NCBI GenBank assembly: GCA_000004985.1
Contig: GG738869.1
Source: Naegleria gruberi
Lineage: Eukaryota
Strand: one strand, 5' to 3'
Length of the DNA stretch: 64,000 nt
Shown one piece after another: positions 53,701 to 63,521 of the stretch (position 1 is its first letter; every line of letters begins with the position of its first letter). The notes under the pieces are model-generated. The model was not told the origin of the DNA, searched no databases, and saw only the letters and a program-made list of their open reading frames with translations. The translations under genes and the position numbers were made by a program.

Positions 53701-53879
53701 AAAAGATCCCAGTTGAAGTAGCTCAACAATTCGATTACAAACCAACTCTCAAAGAAACTAGAACTCTCAAATTCATTGAAGTTAGCGCCATTCCAAAAAA
53801 TGGTCCAATTGACAAGACTGGTAAATCAGAAATTACAGTTTCTATCATTCCAGCTGCTGAGGAAAAATACTACAAATAA
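50782..53879 (+). CDS. short-tailed class I myosin heavy chain. Exons 50782-50880, 50921-51011, 51068-51178, 51247-51388 and 51488-53879.
   Basis: Spliced product: ...NMYKKDNIY|[30 protein letters not shown]|[38 protein letters not shown]|KTEAAKQIM...[12 protein letters not shown]|[15 protein letters not shown].... The P-loop, switch regions, IQ motif ([15 protein letters not shown]) and a TH1 tail are present, with no SH3. Introns are 40, 56, 68 and 99 nt, all GT..AG. TAA stop. Confidence 0.9.
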
Positions 53880-54104
53880 ATATCTCCATTACTATTAAAA
53901 TTCTATTGTAAACTTCCTGTCAATTATCTTGAAGATTCTTCTCATTTATTCTCCTGTGGTTTTTGTGCTCAACGAACAAATTCGCACATAAAAATTAAAA
54001 ATAATCAAAAAAAATAGGAAAACACTTATTAGAGAGAGGATTTTTCTCTATTCACCAAAGATTGATTTGTATTGAAGAAATAAAATTGAAGAAATTATCG
54101 GAAA

Positions 54105-54905
54105 ATGTTCGGAGTCAAAAATCCAAGGCTTCAAGAAGCCCAGAGAATGTTCAGTTTTAAAATTGATACAAAATCTGAAGATCAAAGAGACACAATGGCA
54201 ATGGTTAATAGTTTAGATCCAGAATCATCAACTGTTAAGGATATTACAATTGTAAAACAAATGAGAGATGAGCCAGAAAGATATGAAAGATTGAGTTGGG
54301 ATTATAATTTTCCAAAATTAATTGATACAACTATTCAAAGAAGTTTAGGAAGAAAAGGAAGTGCTTTTGCAGTTTACTCAATTGAGAAATTAATGTTTTG
54401 GGATAAGAAGGAGAAAAAGATTGTTGGAGTTGTTGCTTTTGCCAATGATTGTGAAGGTCCACCAGCTTGTGTTCATGGTGGTTGTATTGCCACTGCTTTG
54501 GATGAAGCTTTTGGTTGGTGTTGCATCAGAAATATTGGTTTCAGTGGTGTCACTTTAAATCTCAGTGTAAATTATTTCAAATTTATTCCACTCAAGAAGG
54601 CCATTGTTGGTTTGGAAATTGAAACTGAAAAAGTGGAAGGAAAGAAGGTCTTTATGAAGGGAAAATTATATGACCTATCAGATCCATCAGTAGTTCACAA
54701 TACTGGTACAGCCTTATTCTATAAAGCTAATGAACATATGCCAACATGGGAAGAAGCTGTTCAATACTTTGGTCCACAGTCTACATTGACAAAGAATCAA
54801 ATTCTTTCTTACTTTAAGGTAAGAATAAAGAAGAAGGCACAAGAAAAGAAGGAAGAAAAGGATCTTGACGTACAGTCACAACCTCATAGAACTTCCAAAT
54901 TATAA
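54105..54905 (+). CDS. hotdog-fold acyl-CoA thioesterase (PaaI / THEM-like)
   Basis: GPPACVHGGCIATALDEAFGWCC is the HGG..ALD thioesterase signature, followed by a beta-sheet region and a Lys/Glu-rich C-terminal tail. 266 aa. Confidence 0.6.
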   Translation: MFGVKNPRLQEAQRMFSFKIDTKSEDQRDTMAMVNSLDPESSTVKDITIVKQMRDEPERYERLSWDYNFPKLIDTTIQRSLGRKGSAFAVYSIEKLMFWDKKEKKIVGVVAFANDCEGPPACVHGGCIATALDEAFGWCCIRNIGFSGVTLNLSVNYFKFIPLKKAIVGLEIETEKVEGKKVFMKGKLYDLSDPSVVHNTGTALFYKANEHMPTWEEAVQYFGPQSTLTKNQILSYFKVRIKKKAQEKKEEKDLDVQSQPHRTSKL

Positions 54906-55446
54906 ACGCTTATCCAATATTGTAAAATTTACCAACCTCTCGTTCGATCATTATTTAATATTATTGTAAATTTTAAAATGCATCAAAAAGGAAGCATACC
55001 TTGGCAACGCTGTAAATAGTTACCGTTTAAAAGATGCTTAATCACTTAATGGAAGGGAATTTGGCGTTATCAATAGAGATGCTGCAATTTTTATTGCCTT
55101 TTATTTAATTGAAAGGTGCTGCTTTGAAGAAATTTCTTGAGGATCAACCTGTGGAAGAAGTGAAGCCCGCTGATCTCAGAATCAGAAGGTCTCTTTTTTA
55201 AAAACACAGCATTTAGAGATTTTGCAAAAGGAATTCTTTCAAGAAAAAGTACATTTTTCTTTGTTCCAAAATTCCAATCCTACCATTTTTATCTGCGCAA
55301 GCTGATATCAAACAAGAAATTGAAGAAGTGGACTTGCTATGCTATGAAGATATTTAACTGACCATATCTACTTGATTGTCCACACAACAATTCAATTCCA
55401 AAGGTATCAAGATTGGAAGTCAAACTTTAGAATAACAACAACAAAA

Positions 55447-55550
55447 TCTTTCTTACTTTAAGGTAAGAATAAAGAAGAAGGCAGAGGAAAAAAAGGAAGA
55501 AAAAGATTTCAATGTACAACCACAACCTACCCAAAGAATCTAAATTATAA
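55447..55550 (+). repeat. about 105-bp duplicated copy (about 85% identical) of the last about 100 nt of the thioesterase CDS plus its stop, 540 bp downstream of the original
   Basis: TCTTTCTTACTTTAAGGTAAGAATAAAGAAGAAGGCAGAGGAAAAAAAGGAAGAAAAAGATTTCAATGTACAACCACAACC...AAATTATAA aligns with 54804-54905, TCTTTCTTACTTTAAGGTAAGAATAAAGAAGAAGGCACAAGAAAAGAAGGAAGAAAAGGATCTTGACGTACAGTCACAACC...AAATTATAA. Confidence 0.6.
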
Positions 55551-55611
55551 AACTGGTATTTTCTCACCACACAGCTTAGAAGATAATCTCACAATGTTGA
55601 AATGTCAATCC

Positions 55612-57429
55612 TTAATATAAAGGTTCAAATTTACCCTTTTTCCATTTTCTATAACATCTTACCAATCTATCACTCACAATACCAACAATTAATCCAACAA
55701 GACTGAATAAAAGGAATGATACAAGACCTGTGGTAAACCAATTCTCATAAACAAATATGTAAAATCCCTCTGATGATGAATACGGCCGGGAAACATCTAT
55801 TTCTATTGAACTTGTGAGGAAAACATACTGTTGTAGTGGAACTTCACTATTAACAGTTACAACAGCAATTAAAGGATAGTAATCTCTATCAAATCCATAT
55901 TTGTCCTTGTGTGTATAGGTTGTATAACTTCCGAGTGAGATAAATCGCCAACGAAAATTAACAGTTGAATCCAAATCTAACTGATCTCTGTATGGGAAAT
56001 TGAGTCTAGGATCATTTGGTGAAAAGTCTTCATATGTTGGTGGTTTCTCCTCTGAAAAAGGTCCTCCAAATATTGAGAATGATGACATGTAATTATGAGG
56101 ATGGGTTGTGGCAATAAGAAACAAATCGAATGGTGACGTATCCAACAGAATATCACCAGCTCCAAAGTCTCTACATCTCATACCACTTTCTTGATAATAA
56201 ACCTTCTCCTCCAACATGTCTATTTTTTGTAAGATGCAAAACTCCTTTCTATAATATTTAACAATTACAAACAATTCAGTTGCATCACTTTTAGAGACCT
56301 TAATATTGGAATGCTCTGATTGTTCATGTGGTAAAAAGTTAATAGATTTCGTCTCGTTAAATTCTAGCAAATCTATTTGTTTCACTTCTGAAACGATAAA
56401 TTCTTCATTCCCTCTCAAGTAGTGCACACCAACATAGAGGAACCTAATCTTGGCTGTCCTAATGTTAGCAAGCTCGGTATAAATATTTACAATATACATA
56501 TTTGAAATTGATATTAAATCCAAAAAGCCATCATAACGAATATCAATAGGTTGGTTGTTAATTGTTGGATCTATCAATGATAACTTAATAATCTTGCTTT
56601 GGGGCATTTTAAAATCATTGGCACTCGTTAATATGTACACTAATCTAGATTCATAATCTACTTCAATACTATTTACAATCTTTTCTCCAATTGTTGGATC
56701 TATTTTCTCAATTTTTACACACGAGTCTTCCAATAAAAATCCATTACTATCAATAATTGATATATTTCCATAATTTGTTTGAATTAGGAATACCTTTTGA
56801 CAAAAGAGTCCAATCTTATTTTGAGTAGCCATATAGGTTAAATCAACAAATGACAATATCAATGTAGAAGTATACGAATCAACATTCATGGATGTACATT
56901 TCAAATTCGAAGGGAATGTAAACACTTTCTGATCTGAGAGAGAAAATTCATACTGTTCAGAACTATTTCCATTAATCTTTTGATCAAATATCCTCAATAA
57001 ATACAAATTCTGTCCAACAGCTCCCTCCTCTTCTCCAAACACCAATGAAAGTTTCACAAACACAAATACTCTATTCACATCAGAAGAATAAAAATCAGTA
57101 ACTGTAAATATCTCCTCCGAGATTGAACTACTCATATTGGCCGTGACAGTGTGAAAGTTTGGTATTGTATTATTATAAAAGAATGGATATAAATTCTTCA
57201 CGTAAATACTTTTTCCATCATCATCATCGTTGGAAGACAATAGGGAATTTAAATCCTTATTTACAATAGTCTTGGTTGATTGTCCTGAATACTTCACTGA
57301 TGGTTCTGTCATTTGATTAAAATTGAGAACATTTCTACTTTCCGAAGAAAAGGCTACTAATTCCAAAATCAACAAGAATCCAACAAGAATAATCAAATAA
57401 TTAATCTTCTTCATCTGTTCCGAATTCAA
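55612..57429 (-). CDS. type I membrane glycoprotein with a large extracellular domain (hypothetical)
   Basis: 605-aa ORF. N-terminal signal (LIILVGFLLILELVAFS) and a single C-terminal TM (LVSFLLFSLVGLIVGIV) followed by a short basic tail. No domain recognised. Confidence 0.5.
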   Translation of the reverse strand: MNSEQMKKINYLIILVGFLLILELVAFSSESRNVLNFNQMTEPSVKYSGQSTKTIVNKDLNSLLSSNDDDDGKSIYVKNLYPFFYNNTIPNFHTVTANMSSSISEEIFTVTDFYSSDVNRVFVFVKLSLVFGEEEGAVGQNLYLLRIFDQKINGNSSEQYEFSLSDQKVFTFPSNLKCTSMNVDSYTSTLILSFVDLTYMATQNKIGLFCQKVFLIQTNYGNISIIDSNGFLLEDSCVKIEKIDPTIGEKIVNSIEVDYESRLVYILTSANDFKMPQSKIIKLSLIDPTINNQPIDIRYDGFLDLISISNMYIVNIYTELANIRTAKIRFLYVGVHYLRGNEEFIVSEVKQIDLLEFNETKSINFLPHEQSEHSNIKVSKSDATELFVIVKYYRKEFCILQKIDMLEEKVYYQESGMRCRDFGAGDILLDTSPFDLFLIATTHPHNYMSSFSIFGGPFSEEKPPTYEDFSPNDPRLNFPYRDQLDLDSTVNFRWRFISLGSYTTYTHKDKYGFDRDYYPLIAVVTVNSEVPLQQYVFLTSSIEIDVSRPYSSSEGFYIFVYENWFTTGLVSFLLFSLVGLIVGIVSDRLVRCYRKWKKGKFEPLY

Positions 57430-57673
57430 ATTCTACAGAAAATTCCTCTCGGAGGGTGGGTTTTGGATTGTTGTGTTTTGTGGTATTCCACCTTCATCCA
57501 CTAATCGGAGAACTTGAATATTTTTTTAAGAAGATTTTCTGCAAGATTTTTAAATATTTAAATATGTTACAAATCCATAAATAACCAATCAACCAAATAA
57601 AGAAAATAAAGGATTTTTTTAATAATTTTAATTGATATATTTTGATTTATTTTGAAAATTAGTGTTGATTGCT

Positions 57674-60600
57674 TTACTCGTATTGCTTCTTATCTTCTAA
57701 CGGAGTGTAGGCATATTTTTGGCTGAGCAAAGCTTTAAGAATTTCATCAGATTGACTCAAAATGTCCTTTGGTAAGTACATGATTTCTTGTGTCACTCTA
57801 GTGGCAATGACACGTTCAGTTGAGGTTGGTTTGAATTGCTCGTTCAATTGTTTAATCTCAGATGTAGCAAGTGCCTTACGGGCAGCTCTAACAACTCTAG
57901 ATCTAAATCTACGCATGAGAACCTTTCTGATGAAGATCTTCTTGGCCTTCTTACCCCTGATGGCAGTTTCCTTATTCTTCTTGGCAATCTTCAAGATCTT
58001 CTTGATGGTTCTCTTGACCTTCTTGCCATTCTTCAAAACTTGTTTGAGAACAATCTTCCAAACAGCATTCTTAACTCTCTTATTGAGTTTGATAACTTGA
58101 ACCTTCCATGTGGCAGAAGTTCTAGTGTAACGAATGGTTTGGCCAGCAAGATCCTTATCAATATCAGAAACAGAGGTTGGGATCTTGGTATAGATAATCT
58201 TGGTGAAGACATTGTCCTTCAAATAAGAGGAGACCAATTCATTGATAAATGATGGTCTCAAACCACATCTCTTAGTACCAGCAACATAGGCACATACAGC
58301 TGGAGCATGAGTATTGTAACCAAGTTGTTTGATGAGCTTGACAATGGCCTTGATGTGATTATCGAGAGAAGTGAGACAGATGGTTTGTTCCTTAACTTGT
58401 TCTTCGAGGAGTTTCTTTCTCTTTCTAGCCATTTCGTCAGCCTTCTTAAACATGGAAGCAGAAATCTTCTTCTTGATAACCAATTGCTTCAAGATAATTC
58501 TGAGATTGACCAAAGCTCTTCTGTAAATGGTGATCTTCTTTCTCAAAACAACAATATAATTGTATCTCTTTTCAATGGCAATCTTGACTTCTTCCTTAGT
58601 TTGGAAGTTATTCTTGACCTTATCGAAGAATGCTGGATCATACCAAACAGTGTAAGGAATGTAAACTCTCTTTGGAACATGTTTAACAATTGGAATGGTA
58701 ATCTTCTTTGATTTACAACACTTGCATTGGACACAATTCTTACATTGGCAGTATTTACAACCATAATTATCAACAGCAACCTTTTCAAAGTATTGAGAAC
58801 CTCCACATCTGTCATTACAATCTGGAATTGGTGGACAGACAATAATTGGTTCTCCCTTGCATTTACATTGATCACAACCATTAGCATCCTTAACCATTTC
58901 AAACATGTCAGAACCGCAGATAGCAGAACAGTTTGGTAAAAGATCTGGACAAGTTGGTTTGATACATCTACATCTAGTACAGTTGTAGTTATCACGATAA
59001 GTGACATACTTCAAAGTACCACAGGTATCTCTACAATTGACATCATCAGCACAAACTGGAGGAGTATTACAGGTACACTTGGTACATCCTCTTTCATCAA
59101 CAGTTGTTTCCTTAATACCAGCACTTCCACAAACATCTCCACAATTGGTTGGTGGACACTTGAATTCAAGACATTTGCATTGTTTACAACCATTAGCATT
59201 GTAAGACACTTCAGCAACACCGAAAGTACATTGAGCAATACAATCTGGTTCTGGTTGTGGGCAAGTTGGTGGAGCAATACATCTGCACATATCACATCCA
59301 GAATCATCGGTAATCATTTCATAAGGAAGAGTTCCACATTGAGCTTCACAAATTGGGAGAGTATCTGGACAAGTTGGCTTATAACATTTGCATCTAGTAC
59401 AATTGTAATTGTCACGATAAGTAGCATACTTCAAAGTACCACAGGTATCTCTACAATTGACATCTTCAGTACAAACTGGAGGAGTATTACAGGTACACTT
59501 GGTACAGCCCTTTTCATCAACAGTAGTTTCCTTAATACCAATAGAACCACAAACATCAGCACAGCTAGTTGGTGGACATTTGAATTCAAGACATTTGCAT
59601 TGTTTACACTTGTTGCTGTCATAGGAAACTTCAGCAACACCAAAAGTACATTGAGCAATACAGTCTGGTTCTGGTTGTGGGCAAGCAGTGTCATTACATT
59701 TACATGATTGACATCCCTTAGAGTCAGTAGTGTAATAGTAACCATTTGGACAATTAAGAGAGGTACAATCTGGTGGGGTAGTTGGACAAACTGGTGGTTG
59801 ATTACAGACACATTGACGGCAACCAGTATCAGTATTGTACTTGTATTGATATCCATATGGACATTGAACAGCATCACAATCAACAGCAGGGCATTGAGTA
59901 CACTTACAAACTGGGCATCCATTGGAGTCAGAATCATAGGTGTGACTAAGCTTATTACCACAAACTTGTTGACAATCTGGAGGACTTGGTGGGCACTTGT
60001 TACACTTGCACAAGTTACATTCAGAGCTAGGATCGAAAGCATAAGAACCACCATAAACACAGCTGCTATTACACTTTTCAATATTAACAACTGGACATCT
60101 CAAACATTCACAGGTTGGACAACGAGCACCATCACTTGATGTTTGTGTAGTATTGACATAACCGTATGGACAGTTAGCTTGACAGTAAGAAATTGGAGCT
60201 TCAGGACAAGTATAACAGACACACTTTGGACAACCATATTGATCATTCTTCAAAGAACCACCGTATGGACAAGTGACAGTATTACATTTGGAAGCATCAT
60301 CAGGTGTACAAGCTGGTGGAGGATTACATGAACAAGCATCACAACCATTGGCATCCTTACCAATAATATAACCATATGGGCAGACAGATTCACATTTTGG
60401 AGTTGGTGGACAAGAACAATTACAAACTTGACAACCGTCACCACGTCCTGAATCAGAAAGAGTGAATCCATACAAACAGGAAGCAGCACAATTAAGGGTT
60501 GGACAAGTCTTACAAGAACATTGATTACATCCAGTTGTTTGATTCAAAACAATATCATATCCCAAAACTGAGTTACATTGATCACAACTTGTGGCATTAA

Positions 60601-61114
60601 CACAAGGTGGTGGAATAACAATTGGTGGTTTACATGTACAATTAGTAATGCAACCAGAAATTCCTCCAACAGTTCCATAAGTAATATCGTATTGTCTGCT
60701 ATCACAGGTACCAATCAATGGACAAGCTTCAGTTTCAGTTTTACATTTACAGATACATTGATCACATCCAACAGAGTCCTTTGAAATAGATTCTAATAAA
60801 AGCCCTTTGTTGGCACATTCTGCAGTACAATCCTTTGATCCTGTTGGACAATTATTTGGACAATCTGGACAAACACATTTTCCGTTAACGACTTGAACTT
60901 TTCCACAAAGACAAACCACTCCTGGACATTCTTCAAATCCTGGTTCTCCATCATTAGTAATGGCACCATCAAAATACATTGGATTTTCAGAACCAGTTGA
61001 TTGTTGGAGAGATGAATGTGTCATAAAGGACACAATCAACAAGACAACCAGCAATAAAGCTGATATCAAAATTGGTTGTTGCTTTCTCATATTATTACTC
61101 AATCGCACACCCAA
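57674..61114 (-). CDS. secreted cysteine-rich repeat protein with about 20 antistasin/TIL-like Cys modules and a highly cationic, helix-prone C-terminal region of about 330 aa
   Basis: 1146-aa uninterrupted ORF with a signal peptide. It has dozens of modules such as CPYGYxYxxDxxGCxxCxC. The last 340 residues (57674 to about 58700) are K/R-rich amphipathic sequence such as KKVKRTIKKILKIAKKNKETAIRGKKAKKIFIRKV. The plus-strand ORFs at 57762-60784 are antisense artefacts. Confidence 0.65.
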   Translation of the reverse strand: MGVRLSNNMRKQQPILISALLLVVLLIVSFMTHSSLQQSTGSENPMYFDGAITNDGEPGFEECPGVVCLCGKVQVVNGKCVCPDCPNNCPTGSKDCTAECANKGLLLESISKDSVGCDQCICKCKTETEACPLIGTCDSRQYDITYGTVGGISGCITNCTCKPPIVIPPPCVNATSCDQCNSVLGYDIVLNQTTGCNQCSCKTCPTLNCAASCLYGFTLSDSGRGDGCQVCNCSCPPTPKCESVCPYGYIIGKDANGCDACSCNPPPACTPDDASKCNTVTCPYGGSLKNDQYGCPKCVCYTCPEAPISYCQANCPYGYVNTTQTSSDGARCPTCECLRCPVVNIEKCNSSCVYGGSYAFDPSSECNLCKCNKCPPSPPDCQQVCGNKLSHTYDSDSNGCPVCKCTQCPAVDCDAVQCPYGYQYKYNTDTGCRQCVCNQPPVCPTTPPDCTSLNCPNGYYYTTDSKGCQSCKCNDTACPQPEPDCIAQCTFGVAEVSYDSNKCKQCKCLEFKCPPTSCADVCGSIGIKETTVDEKGCTKCTCNTPPVCTEDVNCRDTCGTLKYATYRDNYNCTRCKCYKPTCPDTLPICEAQCGTLPYEMITDDSGCDMCRCIAPPTCPQPEPDCIAQCTFGVAEVSYNANGCKQCKCLEFKCPPTNCGDVCGSAGIKETTVDERGCTKCTCNTPPVCADDVNCRDTCGTLKYVTYRDNYNCTRCRCIKPTCPDLLPNCSAICGSDMFEMVKDANGCDQCKCKGEPIIVCPPIPDCNDRCGGSQYFEKVAVDNYGCKYCQCKNCVQCKCCKSKKITIPIVKHVPKRVYIPYTVWYDPAFFDKVKNNFQTKEEVKIAIEKRYNYIVVLRKKITIYRRALVNLRIILKQLVIKKKISASMFKKADEMARKRKKLLEEQVKEQTICLTSLDNHIKAIVKLIKQLGYNTHAPAVCAYVAGTKRCGLRPSFINELVSSYLKDNVFTKIIYTKIPTSVSDIDKDLAGQTIRYTRTSATWKVQVIKLNKRVKNAVWKIVLKQVLKNGKKVKRTIKKILKIAKKNKETAIRGKKAKKIFIRKVLMRRFRSRVVRAARKALATSEIKQLNEQFKPTSTERVIATRVTQEIMYLPKDILSQSDEILKALLSQKYAYTPLEDKKQYE
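58890..59740. repeat. two tandem copies of an intragenic duplication of about 420 bp (about 90% nucleotide identity) inside the cysteine-rich gene
   Basis: 58960-59160 versus 59380-59580 and 59161-59290 versus 59581-59710 align base for base with few substitutions. The protein segment CPQPEPDCIAQCTFGVAEVSY...CTRCKCYKPTCPD is repeated as CPQPEPDCIAQCTFGVAEVSYNANGC...CTRCRCIKPTCPD. Confidence 0.7.
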
Positions 61115-61770
61115 TAAATATATATATAGAAAATAAATTAACCCTTCTCAAAAGTAATATTTTCAGTTCAGTTACAAACGCAACGATCGTTATTAAAGGT
61201 TCAAAACGTTGGCGCTTTTTTCGAAAGTCTATTGTTGTTGTTGTTGTTCAAACTTTGGCGCTCAACTCTACGTTCAAAACTCTCTCAAATATGATGAATG
61301 AAAAAAAACAACGTTGGGAAGTGCGTGGGTGTTTTTTGAATTTTTTTAAGATGGATTTTAGGCGTGACGGTTGAAATAGCGTATCAGTCAAGCATCAGCA
61401 GACATGACTTGGTGAAAGTTGCATTGCAATGTTTTTGGGTGCTGTTGTTCTGAGATACTGGGTGGGAATGTGAATTTTTGTAAGGTGGTTTGATTTTGCT
61501 TGTTGTATTATTGTTCGATGGACTGGTTGACTGGTTGACCAGTAAATTTCTGAAATAATTTTGAACAAATGGGAAAGAGATGATATTACTAGAGATGGTG
61601 TTGAATTAAGATTAGGAAATATCCAAATTCATTTAATTTCCAATTCTCTTTCTTCCTAATTACTTTTGTAAACTGTACAATTTAAATTCAATATTCACAT
61701 ACAACAATGAACCCATTACAACATAAAGTTAAGATATTTAACAAGAACTCAATACGAAATCAAAAAAAAA

Positions 61771-63456
61771 ATGTCCAGAATAACTGCGTTCCAACAGGAT
61801 CAACCTGCTGTCTTTTCAGAACCGAGAATTTCCCACAAAAAGACAACCTCTCTGCTCGTTGATAGAAATCCGGAATTTTTGAAGGGAAAAACAGTTTTTC
61901 AAGCCTTCGGAGAACATCAATATGATGTACAGGGAAATATTAATAATTGTAAACATTTGCAGGTGGGAGAGTATTTTCTAAAGGTATCTAGTGGTGCTCA
62001 TCACACGTTTCTATTGACAAATTATGGAAATGTATTGAGTTTCGGAAGGTAGGTTTTATTGTTAAATAGATAGATGATATATGTAATTTTTGTAATTTAT
62101 GTTGACTATGATGATCAAATTAGAAATGGTGATGGTCAGTTAGGTTAGTACTATAATTGATGATCAGTATTCAAATTTTCTGTTCTGATCATTATCACAT
62201 GTTAATTTATTAATAATTATTATTCATTATTTGATTATATTTAATTATGATGATTATTATAATTGAAAATTCAGGAAATGGATCAATTGAATCAACTTTT
62301 AGAAAGGATATTCTACCAGTTTTTCCAAAATATGCCAATGAAGGAGAATCTGTTGTTGATGTTCAATGTGGATCCAATCACACAGTTATTTTGACCAATT
62401 TTTCGAATTGTCTTGGTTGTGGTTGGAATGAGTTCTTCCAACAGGGTCAGAAACGTCATGGTGTTCAAGTATCCAAGTTTGGGTATTTGGATATTGGAAA
62501 GCCAGTAATTATGGTAAGATGTGCTAATAATATGACCATTGTGCTTACAAAGGAAATGGAAATTTATGGAAGTGGACGAGTTGCTGCAACAATTACCTAT
62601 GAAGATTTTACTCTTCTTCAAGATTTTTCAGAGCTCTTATCAGATGAGGAAGTTATTACTGATATACAATGTGGATCTCAACACATCATCGTTTCTTCAA
62701 GTTTCAACAGAATTTTTGCATTTGGATCCAATGGTTTTACACAAATGGGAAAAAATGTCAAGGATATGGATAAATTTACTGAAATTACAAAGAATTTACC
62801 ATTTCCAAGAGATGAATTCAAGAGTTTCGCTACTGGATTATTGTTTACCATCTTTTTAACAAAGGGAGGTGGTGTTTACGCTTGTGGTTACAATGGATAT
62901 GGTCAATTGGGTACAGGTACCAGGACTGATCCAGAGGATTTTGTAAGAGTGAAAAATTTTTACAAAATTAAGAGTCAATCTCAAAGTGTTTTATCCAAAT
63001 TTGAAAAGAGGAAGGAATCAGAATATACTTGCTATAAGGCCTCACTCAATTCAGAAATTGGAAATAATGTCTATTACATTGATGGAAATGAAATTATTAA
63101 GAGCATCCATGCAGGCTCCTCACACACAATTTTTGTATCAAATATTGGAAATGTCTACACATGTGGATTCAACAAGGTAAGTATTGCATATGAGGAATTG
63201 TAAATGACTAATTTTCACATTAAAGTTTGGTCAATTGAGTCTTCCAACAGACGGAGATGATTATGCTGCAACATACTCTGCAACTCAAGTCGTTCTCTCG
63301 AGCCACTTGATCGATGTTCAAGTATTTGCCAATCCAAGTGCTAACATCACAATCTTAGCTGATAGACAACCAATTAATTCCTATATGAGCAATAATTTAA
63401 AGAAACGAGCAAGAGAAGGCGACCTTTCAGATATCATTCTCAAACACAAGCTTTAA
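61771..63456 (+). CDS. RCC1-repeat (regulator of chromosome condensation-like) protein. Exons 61771-62048, 62303-63176 and 63226-63456.
   Basis: Repeated RCC1 blades (GAHHTFLLTNYGNVLSFGR, CGSNHTVILTNFSNCLGCGWN, CGSQHIIVSSSFNRIFAFGSN, GYNGYGQLGTG, AGSSHTIFVSNIGNVYTCGFNK|FGQL). Introns are 62049-62302 (254 nt, GTAGGT...TTTTAG) and 63177-63225 (49 nt, GTAAGT...TTAAAG). Confidence 0.65.
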
Positions 63457-63521
63457 TATATATGCACTTTGAATAAAACTCTTTTCATAACTTTACAATT
63501 TCAAAAACGAACACAAAAAAA

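Noticed and set aside
57762-60784. Plus-strand ORFs (57762-58100, 57836-58252, 58307-58711, 59180-59707, 59708-60139 and others) overlapping the cysteine-rich gene
   Set aside because: Their translations are low-complexity Leu/Thr/Ile-rich strings typical of the antisense of K-rich and Cys-codon-rich repeats. The minus-strand 1146-codon ORF with a signal peptide and ordered Cys modules is clearly the coding strand.
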